Below, piece after piece: positions 36,626 to 46,403 of a DNA stretch of 64,000 bases. How positions within the stretch are numbered: the first letter of the stretch is position 1; each line of letters starts with the position of its first letter. Source of the stretch: Lingula anatina. Lineage: Eukaryota; Animalia; Brachiopoda. Where the stretch lies: positions 2,480,001 through 2,544,000 of the forward strand of contig CM120643.1 in assembly GCA_051362555.1 (NCBI GenBank). Reading direction: 5' to 3'. The translations under genes were made by a program, and so were the position numbers. The notes beneath the pieces were generated by a model. That model ran no database searches and was not told where the DNA came from. It saw only the letters and a program-made list of their open reading frames with translations.

Positions 36626-36792
36626 CAGGGCCGTAGCCTGAGCAAAATGCTAGGGGGGGGGGGGGGGGCAGTAAGCGGACACGAGGGGGCGAAGCCACCG
36701 AGAGGGGAGGGGGTGTCCCCCTACCAGTGTGGAAAATTCTAAATCCCAGGGGGGGCAGTTGCCCCCCTGCCCCCCCGGAGGCTACGGCCCTG
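36626..36792. mobile_element. GC-rich MITE with CAGGGCCGTAGCC TIRs and 5-bp TSD
   Basis: TTCCC|CAGGGCCGTAGCC...GGCTACGGCCCTG|TTCCC; the paralogous site at about 52911 has a single TTCCC (empty site). Confidence 0.88.
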
Positions 36793-37282
36793 TTCCCACA
36801 GATCTCGAGTATGTAACTAAACGAGCAACGACCGAGTGAACATTAAATGATTGAAACTAGTTATTGTTGTCAGCGTTGGATTTCCTCATAGCGATTTACA
36901 AGTAATATTTTGACCACGGATGGGAAGAAGCATTAACGCGTTATCCAACCTAGAAGCATACAACGGTGTCCGTATTTCGAGCCTGCGTGTAATTTTCTTT
37001 CATCGAGAACGTCGTCTCCCAATTCTTTTTACAGGCAGTGCGCAATATATTTATGTGTATAGCTAATTGGTACAACTTACAGGTGACATTTACCCCAAAT
37101 TGTGACCACTGTACTTTCGACTAACCCCTACATGTACTGAGTCCCCGAACTTCCAATCCGGCCCCACGTAGGTACCGTTTTCTACATGTTGCTGGGTTCA
37201 TAGGGTCGTTTTGGGCCATATATTGGAATGATTAATACCTTCCGCAAATTTGAAGTATTTTCAAACATCAACCACAGGAATT

Positions 37283-38377
37283 ATTACTGTGACTTGGTAA
37301 CTTATTTTTTGGTACTCGCCATGTTTTCGTTATTGCCAATAGATGGCAGGTTGGTATTATGGCGTTTTATTGAAAAATGGAGTATGAAGAATACAAGTTG
37401 TAATTAGGTATTAAATAGATGTCATTTTAAGGGTTTGAGTGGATACTGCACGAAAATTAAAAGTTGGTGCTAGTCACGACTGTTTTCCTTCTTGATTTTT
37501 TTTTATGGATTTTGTTTTGTCACAAAAACCAAAGTGGAGAATTGAGGATCTTGTGTTAAGCAGCGGTCATAAGATCAAAAAAAAAAAAAAAAAATCTGCT
37601 GTGTTAAGCAGCGGTCATAAGATCCAAAAAAAATCTGCCGTGTGCATCTTTTTAAAGGCCTCAATGATTCACAGAAGAAAAAAAATGTTTGCGCCAAAAA
37701 GACCACAAACTACATAAAACTTTACTTTTAAATTTTTCTGTATGTAAAGATGTGGAGGCTGGACAATCGGCTCAATGTTCAGTGTGATTCTATAAATTAT
37801 ACTAGTAACTATTCCTAATTGAAAAAAGGGATGGCACGTTTATTTCAAGAATTATAACGTAGTACCTGTTTAACCGTCGTATACAGCTATGAAAATGTGG
37901 ATTTATGTTAAATAGTACAGCTGTAAAAACTGTTAGTGCAATAATAAGGTATGTGGACTGTGTTTATATGTAAATCTGAACGGTGTAAATAAAAGAAATG
38001 AAAAGTTCCCGCCACTTGCAGTACATGTATCTTTTAATCACCTTTAAAAGATGAAGTCCTCATCCAAGGTTGTTCTTGACAGTTGACGTTTGCTTCACAT
38101 GTAATTTCAATACTAGATTCATGTTGGTTTTCCTGAGGGAAATGAGACGTCTTTGCGGAAAAAACGCATTTTTTAAGACCTTTGGTAGGAAAAACTATTC
38201 AAATCTCAGCAGACACGCATCACGTTAGATTTCAAAATGATACCTGTATTCTACATCTTTGCTGTAAATCTATTGTTCGATCTGAAATTAAGTAAAGCGC
38301 TTCCCACGTCAGCCTTTTGGCAAAAGTTTCTGAGTTTGTAAAATTTCACCTCCCTTCTTTAAAATGCAGCACTTAAT
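37283..38377. pseudogene. Duplicated ATP6V0D1 3' UTR plus the 3' end of a third SDR copy (remnant B)
   Basis: Aligns with 31564-32575. It keeps only the last SDR codons (LSAAF*) at 38359-38377; 38047-38377 closely matches 48255-48575. Confidence 0.88.
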
Positions 38378-38431
38378 AAAGGGAACCGGAGAAGATCAGC
38401 ATTGGTCAGAATTGTGCCGGAAGTGACGTGC
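38378..38431. mobile_element. Terminus of a DNA-transposon-like element
   Basis: AAAGGGAACCGGAGAAGATCAGCATTGGTCAGAATTGTGCCGGAAGTGACGTGC, identical in reverse complement to 13101-13154; it truncates SDR remnant B. Confidence 0.7.
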
Positions 38432-38726
38432 TATAGAAATCCCTTACGCTAATCAACTCTAGCTCCGGATATTTCTACTAATAATCTGCTTACCTTAGCA
38501 GTAACGAAATCCCTTTCCTATAGATAACCACTAGAAATCAGGATTCCAACCTCTATCTCTATCTTGCTTCACAGTAATGGCGTCGCCCTTTGTTCTCAGT
38601 GCTCCTCGCTGTAACCCACTCCTTACAGCTATCGAGTTTCTCCCAAACTGACACTCAGCCTCGACTCGGATCGAGGCCAAGACAAGCCACACACCGATGC
38701 CGGATCACTACACTCCTCCCCACTTT
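38432..38726 (-). repeat. Polypurine tract (38713-38726) and truncated 3' LTR (38712-38432)
   Basis: Minus strand reads AAAGTGGGGAGGAG|TGTAGTGATCCGG..., about 330 bp after the pol stop; the LTR is cut off at the DNA-element terminus. Confidence 0.75.
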
Positions 38727-39055
38727 ATCTGGATTGGAGGTAGTCATTACAATCCGACACCAACAACACATTCTTACTATCCTTGTATCACTACTCGATC
38801 AGCCCATGCTGACCCAGCCAAGGACCGCCCACTCTGTTTTCTCTATCAGATCCCCTGTCGCTTCTCGATCAGCCTTAGCTGACCAGCCAAGGAATCCATA
38901 CACGGTACTCATCACTAGGAATACTCCTTCCCAGCATCTACTCCTGACCAGGTCGTACCTCTCCTGGGCAGCATTGTGGTGCACTGAAAATTGGGCCCCC
39001 ACTAGTTCAAAAACAACCAGCGCCCATTCTCTTTTCAACACCACAAATCTTGACC

Positions 39056-42000
39056 TTAACCCTTCCCAGGGTCATGGCCCGGACGCACCAATCGACGTGT
39101 GCAATCCTCACACTTGTACTTCTTTATCGAGAGGGCGTCAGACGCAGTAATGTTTACACAGGACCCATGATACCATTCACTACAATAATCACACTGTATC
39201 ATGAATCGGCCCTGCCATTTCTGCCTACAGCGACAATACACTCTGTCATCCCCCTTGACTGTAGAGTCAACCACGGGATTTTTTCTCCATTGCTGGATCC
39301 ACAGAGGTATCTCACTGTCTCGACAAGGTTTTAACCTGTCATGATTGGCCACGAACACTGCATTTCTTACCTTTACCCGGTATAAATACGAGCTCAGCCT
39401 CTCCACGATGACTCCCGGACCCTTCCACGGGGGACATAGTTTGTTACACTTCCCCCGGCCTCCGGCCGCATCCAGTATGTAAACTGAATCCCCGACCGCA
39501 TAGGTTCGCTCCAAAATCCTCAGGTCGTAATCCCGCTTCATACGCTTAGAAGATACTTTGAGCTTACCTCGGGCAGTCTCGTGCGCCTTCTGTAGGTCGG
39601 CTTCTAACTCAGCCACATACCCCTCGGTACTACTCGGCTCTCTTCCCTTCTGTGGGAACATTATTCCAGCAGGAGTGTTGACTTCCCTGCCCAACATCAG
39701 CTTGTTAGCCGTAAAACCTGTCATCCTGTTGACCGATGACCTGAGAGCCCCGGCAATTTGCTGTAGATGAAGATCCCACTGGTTTTGAGATCTCTCTGTA
39801 AAGCAACGCACTGCGTCCATCAATGTCCGATTGTACCTCTCAATCTGACCATTGGAAGATGGGCGATAGGGTGTCGTCCGTGCTTTATGGATCTCCAATA
39901 TCCTACACACCTCACTGAACAGCTTCGAATCAAAATTTCTTCCTTGATCCGTGTATATTTCAAACGGTACCCCAAACCGTGAGAAAAACCGTTCGACTGC
40001 CGCCTGCGCTGTCTCCTCGGCAGACTGCGATGGAAGCGGGATGCACTCCACCCACTTGGTAAACTGGTCAACCATCATGAGTATGTACTCATTTCCCCTG
40101 GTGCTCTTCGGTAGAGGACCCAGAAAATCCAAGTGTACACGTTCCATAGGTTCTCCAGCCTGGAACTCGGTTAAAGCACCCCGGCCATGTCTTGCCGACT
40201 TTTTATTTTGATTGCAACTTGCGCAGCCTCGCACAAAGTTATCCACATCTCGGCCTAACTTGTGCCAATAAAAACGTTCTCGAAGTCTCTCTTTAGTCCT
40301 AGAGACTCCCTGATGTCCTGCTGATGGTAAACAGTGGTGTAACTCGATTGCCTTAACTCGCAACCCATGTGGAAGCACTAACTTCTTATCGTCAGTCTTC
40401 GGATCTGACCAATACAGTACACCATCAATCATTACAAACATCTCTCTATCCAGCCAATAAGACTTTAATTCCTTGCTCCCTCTGAATAGAGTAGACTGAT
40501 TTGGAATAATGGCGTTGTCCACATACTCCCTGATCAGATTCACATCGTGATCTGCTTTCTGTGCCGCTTTCACCTCTTCCACTGAATACCCCCAACTGCG
40601 CAGCCCTGAGGTACTTTTACTCTCAGCCTTCACAGTTGACCTTGACTCTGTACTATTAGAGCCCACTTCAGCTGGTCTCGACTCTACATCCTTAGAGTCC
40701 ACTTTAGTTGATCTCGACTCTACACCAGTAGAGCCCACTTCAGTTGAACTCGACTCTACACCAGTAGAGCCCACCTCCTTTGATCTCGACTCTACATCCT
40801 TAGAGTCCACTTCCATTGAACTCGACTCTACACCAGTAGAGCCCACTTCAGGCGTTCTTTTCATCTTTTTAGCCTGCTGACGAGTGGTGATCACATTAAC
40901 TCGGACCGATTTCCCTGGGTCCCATGGGATATTCTCGATCACCTCTCTCAACATCTGGTACTCAGGCATCTCTTCCACCTTTTCATCAGGCGAGGTATCT
41001 ACCACTGGCCCCAATACCTCCGGTTCTGAAAACTGCCTCACTGAGTCAACCATAACAGTGTTTACCGTCTTGCCACTGTTACTCTGTCGGTCACTTGAGG
41101 TTTCATCGCTTTCGACGCTCCTGGTACCCCCCTGGTTTTCCCCTCGGATCACCAATGGCACCACATCATCAACCTCCTCCTCAAACCTGGCCCAGTTTGA
41201 GTGAGCACGCTTACAATATTCACATCCTCCACAGGGTAGGTCTCCAAGGCGCACCCCTGTCCCAAACGTTAAACACTGCCCCGTGTGTCCAGCTCTTGAC
41301 AGTGCATCCGCGTTTGCATGAAGTCGCCCTGCCCGATGTGATAGAACCATGTTGAACTGCGACAGCTCCTCCAACCATCGCGCCAACTGACCCTGCGGCT
41401 CCTTGAACCTCATTAACCAACGTAAGCTCGAATGGTCGGTTCTCACCATGAATGGCCTCCCCAGGAGATAATGTCTATACTGCCTGGTGAAACGTACAAC
41501 AGCAAGCAGCTCTTTACGTGTTGTACAATACCGCCTCTGCTCTTTCGTGAGGCCGTAGCTTCCGTAAGCTACAACTTTTTCCTCGCCATCTTGTACCTGA
41601 AGCAGCTCTGCTCCAATGGCATACTCGCTCGCATCTGTGTCCAAAATATACTCGCCATCCTGCCTCGGAATAGCCAACACTGGTGGTGAAGTTAATGCTT
41701 CCTTCAGTGATCTAAATGACACAGATTGCTCCTCACCCCACTTAAAATTGTTTTTACCAGTCATGGCATATAGTGGAGCAGCGAGTTTGGAAAAGTCCTT
41801 GATAAACGCCCTATGGTAGTTTGCTAGGCCCATAAATTTCTCGACATCCTTTCCACATGTTGGCATCGGCCAATCTCTGACCACCTGGATATCATGCTCC
41901 GACATGGCTAAGGTGTCCCCAGTCACTACTCGACCTAGAAACTCGATCTTTCTTTGGAAGAAAGAACACTTCTTCGGCTTTAACTTTAGCCCATACGCTC

Positions 42001-43672
42001 TAAACCTCATTAGAGCCTCACGCAGATTCTGCAGATGAATCTCGAAACTCGCACCCAGCACCACTATATCGTCCAGAAACGCCAGCACCGTCTTCCATGA
42101 TAAACCTCGAAAGACCAAATTCATAATTCTGGCATAGGTAGCTGGTGCCCCACAAAGACCAAACGCCATGCGAATGTGTTCATACAATCCATACTTTGTT
42201 ATGAACGCGGTCTTCTTTCTATCCTCCTCTCGAATGGGTACCTGCCAATAAGCTGAGTTTGCATCCAACTTACTAAAGAAAACGCTACCCGACAAGGTAT
42301 CCAAACAATTGTCCACCAGTGGCAGTGGGAATACATCTTTAGTGGTAACTTCATTCAAAGCACGGTAGTCAATGCAGTAACGGACGCTACCATCTTTTTT
42401 ACGAATTAACACCGGCGCTGACGCCCAATCCGATGTAGATTCTTGTATTACCCCTGCTTGGATCATTTTCTGCAGATGAGCCTCCTCCTCATTAGCAAAA
42501 CACACTGGTGTACGCCGCATCCTCTGCTTGATCGGCCTCGCTTGCCCCGTGTCAATAGTATGTTCTAAGGCAGTAAAATTACCTAAGTCAATCTCACTTT
42601 GGGCAAACACATCTTGGAACTCGGTCAGTACTTGACCCAATTGAGCTTGCTGATCCTCGCTCAACTCTGTACTCGATTCCTCGAACACCTTCTGTAAATG
42701 TTGAGGAACCACTGGCCTTTCTTCACCCTCGCCTTCGGCTGGTCTCACCTCATGCTTACTCGGTGCAGGAACAGAGTAATTTACTCTCACCCCATCCTCT
42801 TCAGTTTGACTCGATGTCAAAGTAGATACCCTCGACTTAGTTGCCTGTCCGTCAAACGCTTGTCCAGTCGTCACGACTTTTTCATAAGAAAAAGCCCTCC
42901 CGATTTCTGACCCCTTCCGAAGCAGCTTATACCTGTCACTTGGGTTAATCAGCACCATAATAGGGTCACTCCCCCTATTACGTATAACCCTTGGAACCAA
43001 GAAATTACACGCGCCCCTCTCCACTGGCTCTATGACATAATCATCGAGGTCCATGTCCATTTTACATGCGACTCTGACTACAGAGTTAGGAGGAATTACC
43101 CGGCGCTTTGACACCATAACGCGTGCTACCTGAGGAACACCCTTCTCCAGGCAACAGTCCAAAGTTAAACTCATGTCATCGAAGTGCAGAATCCCTCTTC
43201 CAACATCAATCATGGCTTGACCCCGATCTCTCAATATGTCGACTCCCAGCAACATCTCTTCCTCCAAAGGAGCCACGTATACTGTTTCCGTATACCACTT
43301 GTGTCCAATTTTTAATTTTATCGGACCTGCGATAAAACCCGGCATAGCCATCTTCCGCCCTGCAGCCCACAACTGCACATCCCTTAATTTTCTCGGCGGA
43401 TTTTTCAAGCTATTGTAGATACTGTCAGATAAAATGGTAACACGAGCACCGGTATCCACTAATGCCCTCACTGTTTTATCACCTACTCTGATTTTTAAAG
43501 AGTAGTCGGATACGGATCCAATCTGGTTCACATACACCACCTCTGGCTCAGGTGTGCTCTTTTCTGCTTCAGATCCAATTTCTCGAGCCTTATCATCAGT
43601 ATCTTTGACGTCTGACCTAGCGTCATCTCGGATCGAGGATAGGCCCCCTACCTCGACCCCTTGGCGTTTCCC
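39056..43672 (-). CDS. Gypsy Pol polyprotein (protease, RT, RNase H, integrase, GPY/F, C-terminal PHD finger), entered by a -1 frameshift
   Basis: LVDTGA; LDANSAYWQ and FLDD; DTDASEYAIGAEL, RKELLAV, TDHSSL; H-H-C-C zinc finger, DFLGP, DQFTKW, TDQGRNF, NGQIERYN; WKGPG; VYCRC...MIQCDYCSEWYHGSC...CEDC. The frame is open for 1494 aa and extends back without a stop to the GGGAAAC site at 43666-43672. Confidence 0.95.
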   Translation of the reverse strand, partial: GKRQGVEVGGLSSIRDDARSDVKDTDDKAREIGSEAEKSTPEPEVVYVNQIGSVSDYSLKIRVGDKTVRALVDTGARVTILSDSIYNSLKNPPRKLRDVQLWAAGRKMAMPGFIAGPIKLKIGHKWYTETVYVAPLEEEMLLGVDILRDRGQAMIDVGRGILHFDDMSLTLDCCLEKGVPQVARVMVSKRRVIPPNSVVRVACKMDMDLDDYVIEPVERGACNFLVPRVIRNRGSDPIMVLINPSDRYKLLRKGSEIGRAFSYEKVVTTGQAFDGQATKSRVSTLTSSQTEEDGVRVNYSVPAPSKHEVRPAEGEGEERPVVPQHLQKVFEESSTELSEDQQAQLGQVLTEFQDVFAQSEIDLGNFTALEHTIDTGQARPIKQRMRRTPVCFANEEEAHLQKMIQAGVIQESTSDWASAPVLIRKKDGSVRYCIDYRALNEVTTKDVFPLPLVDNCLDTLSGSVFFSKLDANSAYWQVPIREEDRKKTAFITKYGLYEHIRMAFGLCGAPATYARIMNLVFRGLSWKTVLAFLDDIVVLGASFEIHLQNLREALMRFRAYGLKLKPKKCSFFQRKIEFLGRVVTGDTLAMSEHDIQVVRDWPMPTCGKDVEKFMGLANYHRAFIKDFSKLAAPLYAMTGKNNFKWGEEQSVSFRSLKEALTSPPVLAIPRQDGEYILDTDASEYAIGAELLQVQDGEEKVVAYGSYGLTKEQRRYCTTRKELLAVVRFTRQYRHYLLGRPFMVRTDHSSLRWLMRFKEPQGQLARWLEELSQFNMVLSHRAGRLHANADALSRAGHTGQCLTFGTGVRLGDLPCGGCEYCKRAHSNWARFEEEVDDVVPLVIRGENQGGTRSVESDETSSDRQSNSGKTVNTVMVDSVRQFSEPEVLGPVVDTSPDEKVEEMPEYQMLREVIENIPWDPGKSVRVNVITTRQQAKKMKRTPEVGSTGVESSSMEVDSKDVESRSKEVGSTGVESSSTEVGSTGVESRSTKVDSKDVESRPAEVGSNSTESRSTVKAESKSTSGLRSWGYSVEEVKAAQKADHDVNLIREYVDNAIIPNQSTLFRGSKELKSYWLDREMFVMIDGVLYWSDPKTDDKKLVLPHGLRVKAIELHHCLPSAGHQGVSRTKERLRERFYWHKLGRDVDNFVRGCASCNQNKKSARHGRGALTEFQAGEPMERVHLDFLGPLPKSTRGNEYILMMVDQFTKWVECIPLPSQSAEETAQAAVERFFSRFGVPFEIYTDQGRNFDSKLFSEVCRILEIHKARTTPYRPSSNGQIERYNRTLMDAVRCFTERSQNQWDLHLQQIAGALRSSVNRMTGFTANKLMLGREVNTPAGIMFPQKGREPSSTEGYVAELEADLQKAHETARGKLKVSSKRMKRDYDLRILERTYAVGDSVYILDAAGGRGKCNKLCPPWKGPGVIVERLSSYLYRVKVRNAVFVANHDRLKPCRDSEIPLWIQQWRKNPVVDSTVKGDDRVYCRCRQKWQGRFMIQCDYCSEWYHGSCVNITASDALSIKKYKCEDCTRRLVRPGHDPGKG

Positions 43673-46046
43673 TGCTTCGCCCCTGAGACCTTATCTTGTC
43701 TCTTTTCCGAGGCATCGCCCCATCTCGGGCACTCACGGATAAAATGTCCCTTTTCCCGGCATTTAAAACAAGTCCCATCCATAGGTCTATTCTCAGACTT
43801 GGGCCCATTTTCTGCCTTCGGCGACCCACTTTTCTCGATCGCCTTCTTTTTCGCATCCAGTTGTAGAGACTTAATAGATTTCTCTATATTCTCCATTCGC
43901 TGGACCCACTTGGACATATCCGGATTAGGAGGTGTTTTCTTCTTCGCATCCAGCTGTAAAGATTTAATGGATTTCTCCACGTTTTTCATACACTGGACCA
44001 ACCTGGACATCTCAGGTGTTGGAGGTATTTCGGCCGTCGCTACCTATTTACTCTCGGGTTTCCCTGACGACCCCTCCTCGGCACCGTGTGTTCCATCACC
44101 TGGTACATTTGCTGATGCATCCTCAGCAAACGCACTGCCTCACGAACAGTTGGAGGACTATGCCCCGCCTCCTTGTCCAATAAACCAGCACAAAATCGAT
44201 TCACCGCCTGCATATCAGTGAATGATTCCGGCAAGCCCTCGTAAGCACGACCTGCCAAGGTTAACACACGATCAGCCCAGTCATCTAACGACTCATTAGA
44301 CTCCTGAACTGAACTCAGGAAACGCGACTGTGCTGTAGCTGGCGTATCCCGCTCTCCGAACCGTTTCTCCAGTTCATGCAGCAACACTCGGTATGTTAGG
44401 CCACCTACCCGTTGATTCAGTATAGCATAGTAATCCTGAGCTTTTCCCCGCAGGCACCAACATAACCCATCGAGGGATAAGGCATCATCCCACTGTTCAC
44501 GAACTGCATGCCTGACAAATAAGCTCTTAAATGCAGTCCAGTTACCACGCCCATCAAAGACTAAGTTCTTTGGAGGGTTAAACTTCCGTGTTGGGGCGCT
44601 AACTATAGATCCCCATCCACCATGACTCCTATGATCACCATCGTGTCCTCCATTGACACCACTGTATCCTCCCTGGACAACACGATGTCCTCCCTGGACA
44701 CCCCGACCTCCGACTTCCATAGGGTAAGAAGCCTCATTAGTAGGAACTGGTTCCCAGGGTACATCAGCTCTCCTCTGAGAAATGACTGGAGCCTGGTATG
44801 GCCCCCCACAGTCATATCCTTGAGTGCTGATACCGGTAACTGGTACTGGTTCACCATGGTCCGGTCTCAACCAGTCTTGTCTGAATGGCTCTAGACCCCG
44901 ACCACAGTTTTCACGATTCGGTCCACCATGGTTCAGTGTAAATTCACCTGGCAGCTGTTCACCATGCATATAAGCATGGCTCGGTCCATAGTGATCTAGT
45001 GTGACCTGGTCTGGCTGCCACCCTGTTGGTCTGACATCTCGGTACAGTCCACACTGGTCTCGTGTGACCTCCCTTTGCTGCTGCCCGCCTTGCACACAAG
45101 CAAGGCTCGGTCCACACTGGTCTCGTGTGACCCCACCTGGCTGATGCACATCTTGCATAAAAGCAAGATTCGATCCACACTGGTCCCGTGTGACCACACC
45201 TGGCTGCAAAGTTACATGTCTGACCCCAGTAGTCGGTCCATTTTGGCCTTGTGTGAACGGACCTGGCTGATACATTGCACCATAATTCTCATGACTCCCT
45301 CGGGTGTAAGCTGGGACTGGCTCTGTTTTCCAGTGTACAGTAGCCTGTCGCACTTGGCTGGTTTCTGTCTTCCTTCCAGGTATACGCATATCCTGAGTGA
45401 ATGGAATTTTCACTTCAGTGTCATCACCATGCCCTGGATTCTCGGGAATAGGAGTTATTCCCCACGGAATTTTACTCAACGGCCCTCTAGCTGGCCCTCG
45501 AGATTCCTGTCTGGAACCCACAGGAATCCCCCCAGGTGCCTGGTTAACACCTGCCTGTTCCAGGTTTACATACCTCCTATGTAACTCGTCTCCAGTCTGT
45601 GTAGAAACCACCGTCTGCACTGAAGTGGAGACCATTTCCCTCATCCCCTCTCCTGTCTGTACAGGCGTGGAGACCATGCGCCTCTCGTCAGCCTTAGGTA
45701 CCTCACTCAAGGGTGACCGAATGGGTGTAGAAGTCCATAAACACCCAATCCCGAAACCCGAAGAACTACTGGGCTCCCGTGACACCATTTTCTGATCCGC
45801 GCTGGTGTTACCTCCAGAGGCTTGTTGTACTGTAGAGAGGGTAGTATTAGGAGTAAAGTCCAATAACTCCAGCACATCATCCGTCAACTTCTTACGAGTT
45901 ATTAGTTGCAATAACTCCCTGGTGATTTGTCCACCATTTTGTCTCGCTGACACCAAGGTTTCTGCTATTTTGTCACTAACACCCGGTATTAGTGACAGCT
46001 CCTGAACGTCAGCCGAGTTGACTTTAATGACATGTACATTCTCCAT
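43648..46046 (-). CDS. Gypsy Gag (N-terminal HhH motif, repeats, capsid-like domain, CCHC knuckle), split by a frame break at about 44043
   Basis: ORF 44040-46082 (likely ATG at 46046) has FDGRGNWTAF...LRGKAQDYY...QESNESLDDWADRV; ORF 43648-44010 has CFKCREKGHFIREC. Confidence 0.88.
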
Positions 46047-46227
46047 ATTTAATATCAATATATATAAAAATGAAGAACACAAACGACTATAAATATATCT
46101 TTATTGAAAATATATAAATATAGCCCCCTCTAGAAATAATGCATCCACAATTTAATTGTTACTTGCAAAATTTCTACAAGACAGTAACGTCTGCCTAAGC
46201 AAACCGCTGAATAAACTAGAAAAACAG

Positions 46228-46403
46228 CAATGCCTGTCTTCAGTCTTGTGCATTTGCGCCCTCTGAATCAGTAAGACACCGGCTTGGGTTTACTGCAGAA
46301 AAGCCTCGATCCAGTCCTATCTGACCAGGACTGGATCGAGGCTTTTCTGCAGTAGGGATCAAATTCAGAGGGCGCAAATGCACAAGACTGAAGACAGGCA
46401 TTG
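46228..46403. repeat. Nested perfect inverted repeat (41-bp outer arms, 28-bp inner arms, 8-nt loop)
   Basis: 46228-46268 pairs with 46363-46403; 46291-46318 pairs with 46327-46354. Confidence 0.95.

Larger units (their letters stand above)
38432..46327 (-). mobile_element. Ty3/Gypsy LTR retrotransposon (gag, pol, PPT, partial 3' LTR; no matching 5' LTR in the window)
   Basis: PR-RT-RH-IN domain order in pol; polypurine tract followed by TG; upstream gag with a CCHC knuckle. Confidence 0.95.

Noticed and set aside
38590-39150. 186-aa + strand ORF at the Gypsy 3' end, as a possible antisense or env-like gene
   Set aside because: It starts at TTG, has no recognisable motif or TM pattern, and overlaps the LTR, 3' UTR and pol in antisense; probably incidental.
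39558-46005. Many short + strand ORFs within gag/pol
   Set aside because: Antisense shadows of the long coding frames.
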